From: Lama guanicoe
Taxonomy: Eukaryota
Assembly: GCA_013239625.1 (NCBI GenBank)
Contig: MU053304.1
Span: forward strand, 2,232,001-2,296,000
Reading direction: 5' to 3'
DNA: 64,000 bases
The translations under genes were made by a program, and so were the position numbers. How positions within the stretch are numbered: the stretch's first letter is position 1; the number at the start of each line of letters is the position of its first letter. Positions 1-13,274 of this stretch are shown piece by piece. A model generated the notes under the pieces. That model had not been told where the DNA came from. It saw only the letters and a program-made list of their open reading frames with translations, and did not search any database.

Positions 1-488
1 CTTAATAAATTCTCACTTTCCTTCGTTAAAAAAAACCCAAAAACAGAAAGAGAGGCAGGAGTTCAGAAGACATCGTAAGTGCAAGCTTGTGAAATTTGAG
101 ATGTCTGTGGGACCACCAGTGGCAGTACCCAAAGGGCACCTTGTTAAGTAGATGCAGAGCTTCGTGGATGTCTGGTCCGTCAAGGAGAACGGGGCGGGGA
201 GATGAGGAAGGAGTGAGACAGGGATGCACACACACAAACTGACGCACATGGTCATGTTCAGCCTCTCATTTTAAGAATGATGGAGAGAAAGGAGAATCCC
301 TGGGGAAGGAGCATCAGGAACACCAGAGGAAGCCCTCCTCCCACTGGCCTTGTTCCTCGCTCTTCATCCCCCACACCATGCCCCCCCCACCCCCCCGCTC
401 AAGTCTCATAAGCATCAGCAAGAAGCATATAGGACTCGGGACAGGTGAAGCCCCCGTATATTATTTTAGGATTGGTCTCTGTATATGC

Positions 489-532
489 ATGTGTATGTAT
501 GTGTGTGTGTGTGTGTGTGTTTGTGTGTGTGT
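489..532 (+). repeat. Imperfect (TG)n microsatellite
   Basis: atgtgtatgtatgtgtgtgtgt...gtgtgtgt seen directly. Confidence 0.9.
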
Positions 533-1099
533 TTGGGATTCAGACTGCTCGTGCTACTGCTGTGGTACCTAGCATGGAGGGTTTTACTGAAAACTTCTTG
601 GCCATGAGTGCCAAGTTAGAGCTTTGAATTCTGTACTTTGGTCTCCCATCAACCGCTGTACAGGGTGGTGTCAGCAAAATTCTCCTTCATGAGCTCACTT
701 TTGTTATGTGATGACTCAAATGTTTACATACTGAGGAATTTCTTTATTTCACTGGCAGAAGTGTTTAGAATGTAGATGATTGTTCTGCCTGGACGCTCGT
801 TGGATAGGATAGCAGACTTTGTCGTAAGGTCACCCTTTCTCGTGACTTTCTCTGGGGATCCCTGACAGCTTCAAACTGTTATTTCCTGCTGCCCCCACCA
901 CTGTGAGGGCTGTGGCTGAAAATGACCGTTTTACTCTAGGGAACCAGATTTGGCATCACAGCTTAGCCTTTGTGTGGTGTCAAAGACTACATCTTCCTGT
1001 ATCTCCAAATTTGTAATGTCACTGCCAACTTCTTGCCTTTAAAAACTCTTAGATCAGCAAAGATTCATTAGTGAAAAATGGGAAAATAATCAAAATGTT

Positions 1100-1450
1100 T
1101 GAAAGAAATAATATTTTTGCTCTACAATACTATGGAAACAAGCAGTCATTAAAAATTTTGTTCTGGAAATTATACTGATGAAGAAAATGATCATGATGTA
1201 TCAAATGAAAGACAAATCTGTTATTAGGTCCTTTTAAAGTGTTATTAGATCCTATTTTTATGAACTAAAATAAAAATAAAATAATTATATGCAAATATTC
1301 ATAGTAAAAGGCTTACACTAAAATATGAACAGAAATCATCCCTAAATAATCAGATTATAGGTAAAACTTTTGATTTTCTTATTTTTTTTTACTTTTTATA
1401 AATTTTCAACAATGAACAAAGGTTACTATTGTAATTTTTTTTTTGCAATT
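1100..1450 (+). mobile_element. Ancient L1 (L1ME/L1MC-like) 3' end remnant
   Basis: aatactatggaaacaagcagtcattaaaa... and ...actttttataaattttcaacaatgaacaaaggttactattgtaat resemble old L1M 3' termini; highly diverged. Confidence 0.5.
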
Positions 1451-1730
1451 AGTTTTTAAAAGTAATTATTAAAGAAAAATATTCTTTGGATGAGAAATTT
1501 GCCTGGAAAGTTATCTGTAAGAAACTCCATTCTCCATGTAGCATTTGGAAAAAAGCTCTCTCTGTGTCACCAACTTAGACATTTGTTTCTTCTCTTCGTC
1601 CAAATCAGAATTTCCATAACTGCAGGGAAAGTGACATTTTTCCATCTTACTTGTGCCTTGTCTGGTGGCAGACTAGTCTGGTATGTTCAGTGTAATGATT
1701 GTAGTTCTCACATGCATTTGTGAGGATGAT

Positions 1731-2183
1731 ATATTGGTTTCCTCAGAGTTGCTTGGCCCAAGCAATCTTAGTGCTTAAAACAACAGAAATTTCTTCTGTC
1801 ACAGATCTGGAGGCTGGAAGTCCCACATCAGTACCACTGGGCAGAAATCACGATGTCAGCAGTTCCACACTCGCTCTGGAGGCTCTAGGGGAGAATTGCT
1901 CCCTTCCTCTTCCAGGTCACGGTGGCGGCAGGTGTTCCAGTCTCTGCCTCTACAACCACACTGTCTTCTCTTCTGCTTACATCAAGTCTCGCTCTGCCTT
2001 TCCCTTCTAAGGACATAAGTGATTAGAGTTAAAGCCCACCGGATAGTCCAGGATAATCCCCTCATCTCAAGATCCTTAATTTATTCAAATCTGCAAACGC
2101 CCTCTTTTCTTGTAAGGTAGCATTTACAGGTTCCAGCGATGAGGACCTAATATCTTTGGGTGGTCATTATTTCATCCACTATA
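1731..2183 (-). mobile_element. ERVL-MaLR solo LTR (MLT1C/MLT1D-like)
   Basis: Diagnostic MLT1 blocks: cttaaaacaacagaaatttc..cacagatctggaggctggaagtcc, ggctctaggggagaat, ccaggataatcccctcatctcaagatccttaa, atctttgggtggtcattatt. Confidence 0.85.
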
Positions 2184-2285
2184 GATTCTGCCCTTTTAAA
2201 TGGGGGAATCGTACAAGTTAGGAACTTTCAGGCAGAAATACAACACTCATGGTTAATTAGTTGTTTAGGTTACGTTGAGTATTTC

Positions 2286-2433
2286 TTTTTTTTAAATTAT
2301 TTTTATTTAAATTTTAGGGGGGAGGTAATTAGGTTTACTTATTTATTTATTTTTAGAGGAGGTCCTGGGGGTTGAACCCAGGACCTTGTGTATGCTAAGC
2401 ATGTGCTCTACCACTGAGCTATACTCTCACCTC
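2286..2433 (-). mobile_element. Camelid tRNA-derived SINE (Vic-1 type)
   Basis: Reverse complement has A box (tagctcagtggtagagc), B box (gggttcaacccc) and aaataaataagtaaacctaattacc tail; degenerate TSD tacgttgagtatttctt (2271-2287) / taagttgattatgtctt (2434-2450). Confidence 0.9.
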
Positions 2434-3559
2434 TAAGTTGATTATGTCTTGAACCTCAGAAAATTCTTTCATTGGAATTCACAAAACTGCTTAAAAAATA
2501 GAAAAATGAAGTGGGTTGGTCTGTAGAAGTATTTTGCTCCTTGATGGTACACATTTCTTTATCTTATTTACTTCTTTATAAATATTCCTGAAAAAGAAGA
2601 GATACCTTAAAATTTTAAATGGAATCAGATTTCTTACACAAAGTTGTGAGCATTTGTAGTTCATTATGGTTCAGTGCAGTGAGCATAGTTAACAATGTTC
2701 GTAAAAAAAATCCACAATTCTGCCATAGGAATGAGAATAATGTTTTCCCCCCATCCCCAACAAAGTTTTAAGGATAATTTTGAAAATGATTTGGAAACTA
2801 TCATGAGTATAATGTGTGTGTCTGAGATAAGTATCTTGTTATAAAGTTATTTTTTCCTCATGATTTAATGATTAGTCATTTTGTCTATGAAACAGTTTGT
2901 TGTTTTAGTTCTGAAAATTTAGTTTAATCACCTGAATGGAGGGCTTATTTATTTAGAAAATCTTTTACTGTTTCTGCATCTTTTCCTGGATTGATTCTGT
3001 GGATAAAATATAGTTCCTCTGCAATAGACTTTATTTTTTAGGCAACCTACAGAAACACCACACCGAAAACCAATTAATTTGGCAAAAACTCATTAATAAT
3101 ATGCTTTATGGTTTGTTTCCAGCAGGCATTGTACCACCGGTTAGAGATGGTTGCAGAGTTATGATAACTTCAAAGCTAAAATCTGGTTTATGCAAATATA
3201 ATGCTTAAATATAAGTAGTTAATGTTTAAGAGACTTCTCGACTTTACATATGTTTTTTCTACTTAACATTTTTTGTTAGACCGTGTTTTCCCAGTGTCCT
3301 AGTCACCGCTTACAATAGAGGCGTCTGCAGTGAGGAAGTGAACTATCTCAGCAACAGTCTGCCTGCTCCTATAGGGCTAGTTTAATTTGTTGTCAAATGG
3401 AAAAATGAGCGTTAAATAAAGAACGATTAGGCCACACAGACTGCGAATATAATCTCATACAAGCCTGAACTGTCTTTGCAAGTGATTTTTCTGGCCTTCA
3501 ATGAAAACTTTTTATCAAAGTGGTATCTGCCTAGATAAAAACTTGAACTAATAATGAAA

Positions 3560-4750
3560 AATGAAACAGAAACTATTTTTAGCCGCCCTCTTTATCGTTC
3601 CCTCATATCCCAATCCTGCTTGAAGCAGAAAGGATAATTATTTCAATAGTTTCTTCTTATATTTACCTTCATATTTTAAATACGATGTTTTCACCCGATT
3701 TAGGTATCTTCTGGCTCTTTTGGCAGATAAAGATTTAACTCTATAATAACCCTACCAACTTTCCTTCCTGATATAATTACTTCGGAAATTTCAGTTTAGT
3801 CAATAATGTGTGTGATAGCTAAAGGGCCCATCATCACACCCTGATGGTATTTCTTTTTTGTTCATTTTTCTCTGAAATAATAGTTTATGAAGTTTAGAGT
3901 TAGTGTACTTTGATACACATTTGTACTTAATTTTCCCCAAATGCTGTGTCAGATTTGGCCTATACCTGTGAAAATGCTACCCAACTACTCAATTACAGAG
4001 CTGCTTTGAGTCTTTTTAATCTCCTCCTGGAAGTCTCTCACCTGGAGCCCTTTGTCCTCCTGCACCAGATGGGACTGGTAGTTCCTAGGCAATCTTCACT
4101 GCTATAACTCTGCTTTCCTTCTCTCTCTCTCTTTTTAAAATTATTTTTGAATTTACTCCTCTGTTTTGCAGGAGTGCATATTAAGAAATAAAAACTCTGT
4201 GTCTTGTATGTCTAAAATTTTCTTTACTCTACCCTCACCTTTTGGAAAGTTTGGCTGGGTATAGAAGCATAGATTAGAAATAATTTCTGCTTAAAACCAT
4301 GGTAGCACTGCCCAGTGATTTCTGTGTCCTTTGTGTCTTGGTGTGAATCCCCATCTACCATTTATTTAAATGGAAGGTGGTAGATCTTTTCAGCTTAGAG
4401 ACTCTTATTTATTGGTATTTTAGGGAGCCTTAAGCAAAATTTCTACTTCCCCTCCTAATTTTGGAACCATTTGAGAAATAAGACATAATATAGTTAGATT
4501 AGATAAAAAATACCCATTTTATTTAAACTTTCTTTGGAGGGTGTGGCTTAGATGGATATCCAGACCCACTGGGTTTTCTAAAGCTTTCAAATCTTTGTTG
4601 GAACCTCTAGTGTGTCACTGTGTCTTCTCCCATTCACTTTGTCCTTCTGTGCTTATGACTTAAAAATGTCCATTGCGATCAATGTAGTGGGGTTTGGAGA
4701 GGAGATAAATATTTAAGGTCAGCTTGCTATCTTTATCCAAAAATCCTCTC
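3560..4750 (-). mobile_element. Highly diverged L1M fragments
   Basis: Core 4190-4330 (tgtctaaaatttctttactctaccctcacc...tttggctgggtatagaa) resembles antisense old L1; limits uncertain. Confidence 0.4.
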
Positions 4751-6182
4751 TGAATTGTTAAACCCCCTCTAAATTGCTAATTTTAGCTGTTTGAACTTTC
4801 CTTGTTTTATACTTTTATCTAAGATGGAAATGATGATCCTTAACTTACTCTCAAGTTTAAAGACATATTTATAAAGTACTTTGAACTTTTTTTGCAAGAG
4901 CAAAGCTGTATAAATAAAGTACTGTTGTTAGTCAAATACAGCTCCCCTTGGTTTAAATGGAAAAGTCAATGAACTGTAGACAAAATGGTGGCAAATGAGA
5001 TCTAGATGTTAAAGTGGCAATAAATAACCCAGATCATAAAAAGGTCATAAACTGCTCTCTTAAATAGAAACAGCTATTTTTTTTATAACATCTCTGAGTA
5101 TTTCAGCTCCCGACTACCAGCAAGTAAATTATAAAAACCACTGCGACAAACAGGTGCAGATGTGTTCCTCGGTGTGCTGGCTGTTCATTTCTTTGTTTTT
5201 ACTGAAAATATTATACGTTCGTTTCTTGGCAGGAGAAATGACGTCTGGGCTTCTGTGCATACCGAGTCCTCGAAATGAGACGTTAGTCAGATTGGCATTT
5301 ATGAGTCACCAGTCATCTTCAGAAGCCAAATCCAGGAATTATAAAATAATTTACTCAGGAAGTAATGGGGATAAATGAAGTTTATCTTCCTGGGAAGCAG
5401 GAAAGCTGCCTTGTGAGCTAATGATCCGACTGAAATTAGGTTTTTTTTCTCCCACGTTGATGGATGAATCCATTCTCTTTGAAACTTGTTTTTGTGACAC
5501 TTACGAGAAGTGCTCGAATTCTCATTTGTCACCATCTAGCTGTGCTATAATCTATCCTAGGGCAGGAAAGATGTTGCCCATTATCACAAAGACATCTTAT
5601 TCTCAGTGTATTCATGGGAGAGTACAAAGCAGGTGACTACTTTTCTCCTTACATAGCTCACCAGTTCATCCAGCGCTCACCTCACTTGTGTCCAAAAGTT
5701 CCTTCTCTGTTTTCCTTTCCTCATTCTCATTCCAGAGGTTTCCTAAAATCCCGTCACTCCGTCTCCCTCCCTTACAGCCCCACCCTACAAAGGGCCCTGG
5801 GCTACCAGGGGCATTTGGCTTGGGGTCAGGGGACAGCCACAGGGACTTCAGGGCTCTCAGCACAAATCTGCCACCAGACAAACAAACTTTTATCTTGATG
5901 ACAAAAATGGACTCTTTTTCTCTAGCAGAGACCCAGTTCATTCATAGTCAGTATGCCAACAGAATCTTGATTTCACGTCTCCTTTCAGAAAAGAGGCAAA
6001 GCAGGAAGGAGGGGAGCATCCTGCCACGTGCCGACCAGAGGCCTTCTGAGAAAAGAGGAGTCAGGGAGGGAATTTAGAGACCCACTAGGACAGAGGAAAA
6101 GTTAATTTATTTGTTCACGAAATGAATTATTTTGTCTGTCACCAAAATTGTCTACTAGGGACTTGGCACATTTTCTCTTTTA

Positions 6183-6453
6183 TTTGTTTTAATTAATCAT
6201 TTATTTTTTGTTTCATAGTTTTGTAAATCTCTTTATTTATTTATTTTTGCTTCTATCTGTAATTTCTTTTTAATTGAAGTACCGTCAGTTACAATGTTTA
6301 GTTTCTGGTGTACAACACAATATCCCAGTCATGCATATATGTACATATATTCGTTTTTGTATTCTTTTCATTAAAGCTTATTATAAGATATTGAATATAG
6401 TTCCCTGTGACATGCAACAGAAACTTTTTGTAAAGTCTATTTTTATGTATACT
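6183..6453 (-). mobile_element. 5'-truncated lineage-specific L1 3' end with extended A-rich tail
   Basis: ttaattgaagtac..gtttctggtgtacaacaca..cccagtcatgcatatat..ttgaatatagttccctgtg is homologous to the L1 3' end at 14165-14310; candidate TSD cacatttt(t)cycttt at 6167 and 6454. Confidence 0.8.
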
Positions 6454-6469
6454 CACATTTTTCCCTTTT

Positions 6470-6960
6470 AAATTACACATCCTTTTAAACAAAATAAATA
6501 TTCACTACTGATAACTATAAATTTACTCATGTATAGGATAAATCCATGTACTGGTTATGATATATTATGTATATTTTAAAAATACATAAAATGGAAATTT
6601 TAGAAGAATGAGCTAAATTTGAAATAAACAAGATTGTATGTGTACCTTGTTCATTGCAGTGGCTTCAGACTGTCAACAGCTTAGGTGAAGCACTTATTTA
6701 ATTGTAGTGGATGTAAAACCAAATGTCAAATGGCTTCCAAGATTTCAGTATATTTGGCTGATCTTTCCGGTCCAATCAGATCATCAGTTTTCATCCCAGA
6801 AGGAAGCAGAAGAGATCGTGCACCAGCAGGAGATGTATCGGCCCTGCCGTTTCCTTGTTGTTGCCTGGATGTGGGCACGTTCTCTTTATTGTCTTAAATC
6901 TGTTGTTTATTGGCAGGAATCTCAGCTGGGTTTTGTTCACACCAGATTATGAAGCCCATC
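6470..6960 (-). mobile_element. Possible hAT-Charlie DNA transposon remnant
   Basis: Minus strand near 6695-6735 translates to HLTFGFTSTTIK, resembling the YLxFGFT N-terminal motif of Charlie transposases; AT-rich flank; no TIRs confirmed. Confidence 0.35.
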
Positions 6961-8099
6961 AATCTGTTGAGATGAGCAAATATGAAGGGGGATGCTCTAA
7001 GTGATTACGAGCATGAGGTACCAACTCCTTTCCACCGTAGACTCCCACCCCTGGAAACTTCTCATTCTGTATGTGACACTGATCATCTGACATATGGACT
7101 GGCTGACGGTGCCAGTGTCAGTCTGTATACTGTGACTTATTTTATCCCTAACTTAGGGGATTCTATTGCATAGCTCCTGGGCTGTACCTTGGAGGTACAG
7201 GACCAGGAGTTCAGTGGTAAAGACCTTGAGGCTGCTTCTTGGCTTTGCAGAAGATCATGCCAGGGTCATTCACTGATACCTGCAGTTGTTTCAAGAGGAG
7301 AAAGAATGATAGGCTGGTGCTGGAATTTTAGATGTAGACCAAGTTCCTTCTTGGGCCTGATGCAGCAAGCGAAAAAGCCGAGACCTGTCAGACTGAGTGA
7401 TATTCTTAACTAAGAATGGAAAATCAGAATTACCATTTAGTTTTCTTTATTTATGGACCAATCCAGTGACATTGCTCCTCCTTACTATATCACTGGGGAG
7501 ATAAGGAAAGAAATCACGGTTATTTGTGTGAATGTTAAGAGATCAAATGAAATGCAGCTCAGCTAACGTTGGTCGAGCTCTGACATTTACTGGCAACCAG
7601 CAGCCAGTTATTACAGCCAAGGTGGTTCATTAGCCATTAGCACGGCAAACTCTACCTTTATAGATCAAGATGTCTTTGCAGAAAGTAGACGAGACTTTCT
7701 CAATGCTAAGGTATTTAGACTTGGGGGTGTTTTGTTTCTCTTGTTCAAAAGGTCACAACACAGGTTTTCTGGAATAGAAAGATGCTGAGGTCAGCACTCT
7801 CTGAAACAGGGGAAATTCAAGGTTCTGTGAAAGAAGCAGAGTGTTATCTCCACTGGATTTTCAGGAGAGCTGGCTTCTTCATCTTGCTTGTTAATCTGTA
7901 GTGGTTTGTCTTAAGGCTTCAGTATTTGACTCATTAATGAATGATTATGCTGTCACTGTGGATAAGGAGGTATTTAGGATTCTGTATCCTTTTTTCTTTC
8001 TTTCAAGTGTGAATAAAGATAGGTTAAATGCCTTGAGAATGATGCTGAAGCAAGATTAAACGTATATGTATTCTGAGGGAGCGTGTGGTGTAATGACAG

Positions 8100-8235
8100 T
8101 GACTTTTTTCCTTCTGCCTTCTTTTTCTTGCCTTTCTCCTCTTTTTATTTCACCCTTTCCCTCGGTCTCTTTTCTCTTCTACCCCTTTCTTCCCTTTTCG
8201 CACTATCTCCCTTACTGCTTCCTTTTCCGCTCTCA
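8100..8235 (+). repeat. Pyrimidine-rich (CT) low-complexity tract
   Basis: Almost purely C/T sequence seen directly. Confidence 0.75.
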
Positions 8236-8730
8236 CACCGTGCATCTTATCTGTCCAGAAAAACACCCAAGGGCCTCTGATTAGGTAGGTTCACATTACC
8301 TTCCCCGCCCAAACCAATCACTTTGGTCCAGGGGTGGAATGTACTAGCCTGGGAATTTTCTTCTGTGGTGGCACTTACCCAGACGACCTGGGCTTCCAAA
8401 GGGAAATCAGATATGCTGGGACTGTGGAAGGGGGAAATGGACACAACGTCACAAGAAGAATGTGTCTACAGCACGTAGCTTCCTTTATACAATTATACGC
8501 AGCCGATGGCGATGTAGAACTTTAGACCTTTGACCACAGAGTGTCTGGTTTCTGCTCTTGTTTTGGTTCAGTGACCATCCAATACTCAGTTGAGTATTTT
8601 AGTGAATGTGGGGACAATTGATATGCAGAGAACTGTGCAAGAGGCCCTTGGAATCCATTTGGAAGAGTAGGGGTGGAGTTGGGTTTTGATGCACAGATAG
8701 GGGAGCAAAACTGCATGAGAAATCTTGAGA

Positions 8731-9235
8731 AATTTGGGGCAGCATGGATGAGCCTGGAGGACATTATGCTAAGTGATAAAAGCCAGATAGGAAGACAAAT
8801 ACTGCATGATCTCACTAATAAGTGAAGATTATTTAGTGACTACTCACTAAAGCGGTCAAACTCATCAAAGCAAAGAGAAGCATAGTGTTGGTGGCCAGGG
8901 TCCGGGGTTGGGGGAGGGGGATGGGGAAAATGAGAACATGTTGGTCAAAGGGTACAAAGTTTCACTTTTGAAAGATGAATCAATTCTGGGGATCTAATGC
9001 CCAGCATGGGTAACTATAGTTAACAATATTGTATTATACACTTGAAATTTGCTTAGAGGATAGATCTTAAGTGTTCTCACCACCCACAAAAAAGATAACT
9101 GATGTAAGGCAATGAATATATTAATTAGCATTGTTCTGGTGATCATTCCACATTGTCTGCATGTATCAAAGCATCAAGTTGCAAACCTTAAATAGATACA
9201 ATTTTTATGTGTCAATTATATCTCAAGAAAGCAAA
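8731..9235 (+). mobile_element. L1 3' end (L1MA9-like)
   Basis: gcagcatggatgagcctggaggacattatgctaagtga (ORF2 end), G-rich 3'UTR tract, ttggtcaaagggtacaaagtttca, gtaactatagttaacaa, tcaattatatctcaagaaagc terminus. Confidence 0.9.
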
Positions 9236-10929
9236 CAAATGTTTGACAACATTTTTTAAGCACTGAGGTGTTTTAAAAGACGACGCGTACACCAGTCGCT
9301 CTAAGTCTGCACCTGCTGACTGGAACATCACTGTTTTCTTGCCTCTTTCTGAGGGTCCAGCAGAGTGGGTGGGAGCCGCTTTCTGATCTGATTTGACAGT
9401 GGAGGCAAAAAGCCATTTACTGCCAGTTGTCCTCTGGGTCTCCAAGAACTCATTTGCATTTCTCCAGGCACATGATTTCTCATTTCTACCGGCTGGGGGC
9501 CCAGTGCTTTCTGCAGGGTGCAGTGTGAGAGAGATTCATGCCCCTTTGTTTGCATCTGGCCCTCTTTAGACCTGCGAACAAAGGAGAAGCTTTGTCTGCT
9601 CTACGTGGGGAACAGCTGATGCCTTTACTTGTGCCCCGTCAAAGTCTCCCCTTTGCTTGATTCCAGTTTCTCAAAGAGAACAATGGGGAGCCCGTTCCGT
9701 GCAGCTTTCGGTGGCCTTGATGTGTACATATTTCTAAATTAGCCAAGCAAAGTGCTTCGTTTATAGAAAGCGTAACTCTTGGGGCTGGTAATGGAGATTC
9801 AGTTACCTGTGTAATTGATGCCGGTGCCTTAGACCTAAGTCCACCTATTTCATTCATCCCTACATAGAGATGTTTTCATTCAGGAAATATTGTATTTAAG
9901 CCATTAACATCTAATTGGAAACATCAGACTGAATTTAGTGCTCTTGATCTGAAATTCAGTCCTCTGGTGAGAGATAAATATCATCTTTCTTGTTAGAAAT
10001 TAACTTAAGTATGTTTTATGGTAAAGAATGATAACAGGATAAATGATGATGCTTTATTTTCCACTCTCAGGGCCCCCCATCCTTTTTATTAAAGTCCATA
10101 TGTCACAATTAAGCTATTTACCCATACAGATATGCATGGTGCGTTTGACAGAAATCATTTCATTCCCCTCTACTCTTTTGTCCCTGGGACTTCCCAAATC
10201 TATTAAACAGAGTGACTCCTTGTGAAGCATCAGGAAAGGGCACTGCCTTGTGCAGTTTATTTTACTTGAAATTGATGACATATGCAAAGGTTTGTGATTA
10301 AAGAAAAAGGATCGTGAACTTAATTTATTAAAGCTCTTAAATATGAAAAAAAAGGTCCCTCATTTTCCCTTTTCAATTTTTTCTTCACTATTATGAGCAA
10401 AGCTTAATGACAGGAAATAACCATTTGTCTTAAGGGAATTGGATTTTTTCCCCTGCATAGACTTCAGTTTATGGCTCATTTCTCTAAGAAAAACATGTTT
10501 ACCATAAAGATGCTTGATAAGTTCTGGAAGAGGATGTATGAAACTTCTACTTAATGTTTTCCATCACTGCATTACTGCAGTGTATCATTTTAGGTTTCGG
10601 TGGAGCTGAGAATTTTGAGGGAATATTTGTCTGAGTTTTCTCAGGGGTCAAATAGGACTAACAATTTTCCCAGTCTATTTAGGTCCCTGAAGTTCAGGAT
10701 AATCAGCCACTAGATTTAAATCAAAGAGAAAGTGCCAATTTTTAATTGCGTTTTTAGTGGAGGGTAAATGGTCTATAATCCTTAATTCTCATACAGAGGC
10801 AGACTAAGCTGTTTTCATATGGAGGAAATGTGTTTGGGGCCTTACCATCTGGCCAAATCCAAAAGGGAGGAGTATTAAATTTGTGAAATGATTCTCTTTA
10901 TTAACCAGGGAAATATCAGAAAACTCTGT

Positions 10930-11462
10930 TATACTGGTTTTCCAATGCTACGTAAAAATACCCCCAAATTAGTGGTGTACAGCAACAAACCTTTATTATC
11001 GCATGGCTTTGGAAGTTCAGGAATCGGGTGCAGGGTGGCTGGCTGCCTCTGCCTCAGGGCCTCTCCTGTGGCTGCCATGATCCAAGCTGCTGGTGGGGCT
11101 GCACTGTCAGGCCCCATTTCCAAGCTCACTCAGGTGGTTGTCCACAGGATTCGGTTCCTTACAGGTGGCTGGACCCAGAGCCTTGGACAGAAGCCTCCTT
11201 ATTTCCCTGCCCCTCCTCACAGGACCTCCTCACAGGGCAGTGCTGCAGCATGGCGGCTGGCTTCCAGTCAGAATAGCCAGGGAGAGAGCAGGGGGCAAAG
11301 GGAGACAGAAGGCAGAGTCTTTTGTGACTAAAGCTTGGAAGTGGCATCTTCAAAGCCAATCACAAGAAGATCCAGTCCACACTCAAGGGGAGAGGACCAC
11401 ACAAGGGCACGAATTCTAGGAAGTGAGCATTATTGGGAGCCGTCTGAGAAACTGCTCCCACA
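10930..11462 (-). mobile_element. ERVL-MaLR solo LTR (MLT1F-like)
   Basis: Reverse complement begins tgtgggagcagtttctcagacggctcccaataatgctcacttcctagaattcgtgcccttgtgtgg, like MLT1F; near-TSD tctgt/tctgc; explains the spurious ORFs at 10888-11419. Confidence 0.85.
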
Positions 11463-11662
11463 TCTGCTGGCCACCTCTCCAGACCTCATTCCATTAATTA
11501 ATCAACAAGCGTAAACTGAACTTGTTCACTGTCAATCTGAGTTCTGCATTTCACGTGTTTACTCTTTTCTGGCTTTAAAACATGTCCATTCTTAGCTTCA
11601 GATCTCCTTCGCTGCTCTGAGCTTCCTTCTTTTTTTTTGCAAGATTTTAAAGTTAAAAAATA

Positions 11663-11688
11663 TGTGTGTGTGTGTGTGTGTGTGTGTG
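11663..11688 (+). repeat. (TG)13 microsatellite
   Basis: Direct observation. Confidence 0.95.
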
Positions 11689-12249
11689 TATGAAAACAAC
11701 TGCAACTTTGCGACTGAGGTGCCTTCCTGATTCAGTGCGATGCTTTCATTCCCTCCACCACTCCCCTGACTCCCTCACTGTTCAGTGTTCCTTTGAAAAG
11801 GAGGATGCTGCCTCTTCATGAGATAGTCTGTTTGGGCATAAATTTGCAGACCAGAGAGCTCACACTCTGAAGCTGTGATGGACTGGTTTTTCTGAAAGTG
11901 GAGCTTTCATCCTCTCCATCAGGGTTGGAGGAAGGTGCCGTGTATTTTGTGATTGACCGAGCCTAACAGGAACCACATTGGAGAGCCCGTCCAGATCATA
12001 AGAAGTTGATATTGGTGTATGTGAGACTAGCTAGTCCCTGCCGGAAGCATCAGCTAGATTTCTTTTTCTGTGTAACAGAGACAAAACATAGGCAATTGAC
12101 TAAGCTGCTGACTCTTTATGAGCTGCTGAAATGTTCGTGAAATGTTCATGAAAGTTCTGTATATGAGGTGCGTTGATTTATCAGCCATTCCTGTCTGTTT
12201 GCTGTTTGGCTATAAACATCATGAAAAAATATGATTTATTCATTACCTT

Positions 12250-12872
12250 GAGGAGATATCTACACTCCCACATTCATTGCAGCGCTGTTCACAATAGCTG
12301 AGACATGGAAGCAGTTTTGGTGTCTGTTGACAGGTGAATAAATAAAATGTGGTGTATATATCCAATGGAATATTATTCAGCTACAAAAAGAAAGAAGTTC
12401 TCTCCCTTTGTGATAACCTGAATGGACCCTGAGAGCCTTATGCTAAGTGACATAAATCAGACAGAGGAAGACAAGTGATCTCACTTACATACGGAGTCTA
12501 AAAACATGGAACTCAGAAACAAAGAGTAGACTGATGTTTATACCAGGGGCTGGAGGGTAGAAGGAATGGGGAGATGTTGGCCAAAGGGTCCAGACTTCCA
12601 GCTATAAGACTAGTAAGCTCCAGGGATATAATATACAGCACGGTGACTATAGTTAACAAACCTGTATTTATACTTGAAAGTTGTTGTACGAATAGATGTT
12701 AAATGTTCTCACCATAACATGGTAGAAGTGAGACGAAGGATGTGTTAACTGAGCTTCCTGTGGTGAACATTTCACAATCCATACCTGTATCAGATCACCA
12801 CACGGCGCACCTTAAATTTACACAATGTTATATGTCAGTGATATCTCAGTTTAAGACTGGGGAAAAAAGAAA
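12250..12872 (+). mobile_element. L1 ORF2 end plus 3'UTR (L1MA9-like)
   Basis: acactcccacattcattgcagcgctgttcacaatagc, aatggaatattattcagc, ttatgctaagtga, ggtgactatagttaac, A-rich end. Confidence 0.9.
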
Positions 12873-13274
12873 ATGTGATTTCTGAAGTCAGTCGTATATA
12901 CATAAAACTTTCTAATTTTTCCATGACATTCCCTCCTGGCCTCAGTGATGTAGCTAATTTGGTTGATTATGTCTCATTTGGCAGAAATGGAAGATGAAGG
13001 CTTTACTGTGCTCATGAGATGGTTGTGGAAAAAGGAGTTAGAATTACATGTTCTGTGTTTTCATCCTGTTTCTTTTTCTGCTGAGAAATGGTACCACCTT
13101 TGAGATGCGAAATTTCAATGAGGCAGACAAGGTAGGGACTTCTCTCCTTTCCTAAATGACTATGTGGGTGATTTGTATCTAGTTAATTCACTAGATTAGT
13201 GCCTGTGTGAAGCCAGAGTCAAGGGTTTATCCACCTAGTTAACCTGGTCTTGTTCCGTGGTCACAGAGATTTGA

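Noticed and set aside
8898..8926. G-quadruplex tract
   Set aside because: Standard G-rich tract of L1 3'UTRs; not unusual
10888..11419. Cluster of overlapping ORFs
   Set aside because: GC-rich MLT1F LTR sequence with few stop codons
12127..12158. Short tandem repeats such as tgaaatgttc(g/a) x3 (also at about 1219, 24389, 32581, 53240, 57297)
   Set aside because: Ordinary 10-22-bp slippage duplications, common in mammalian DNA
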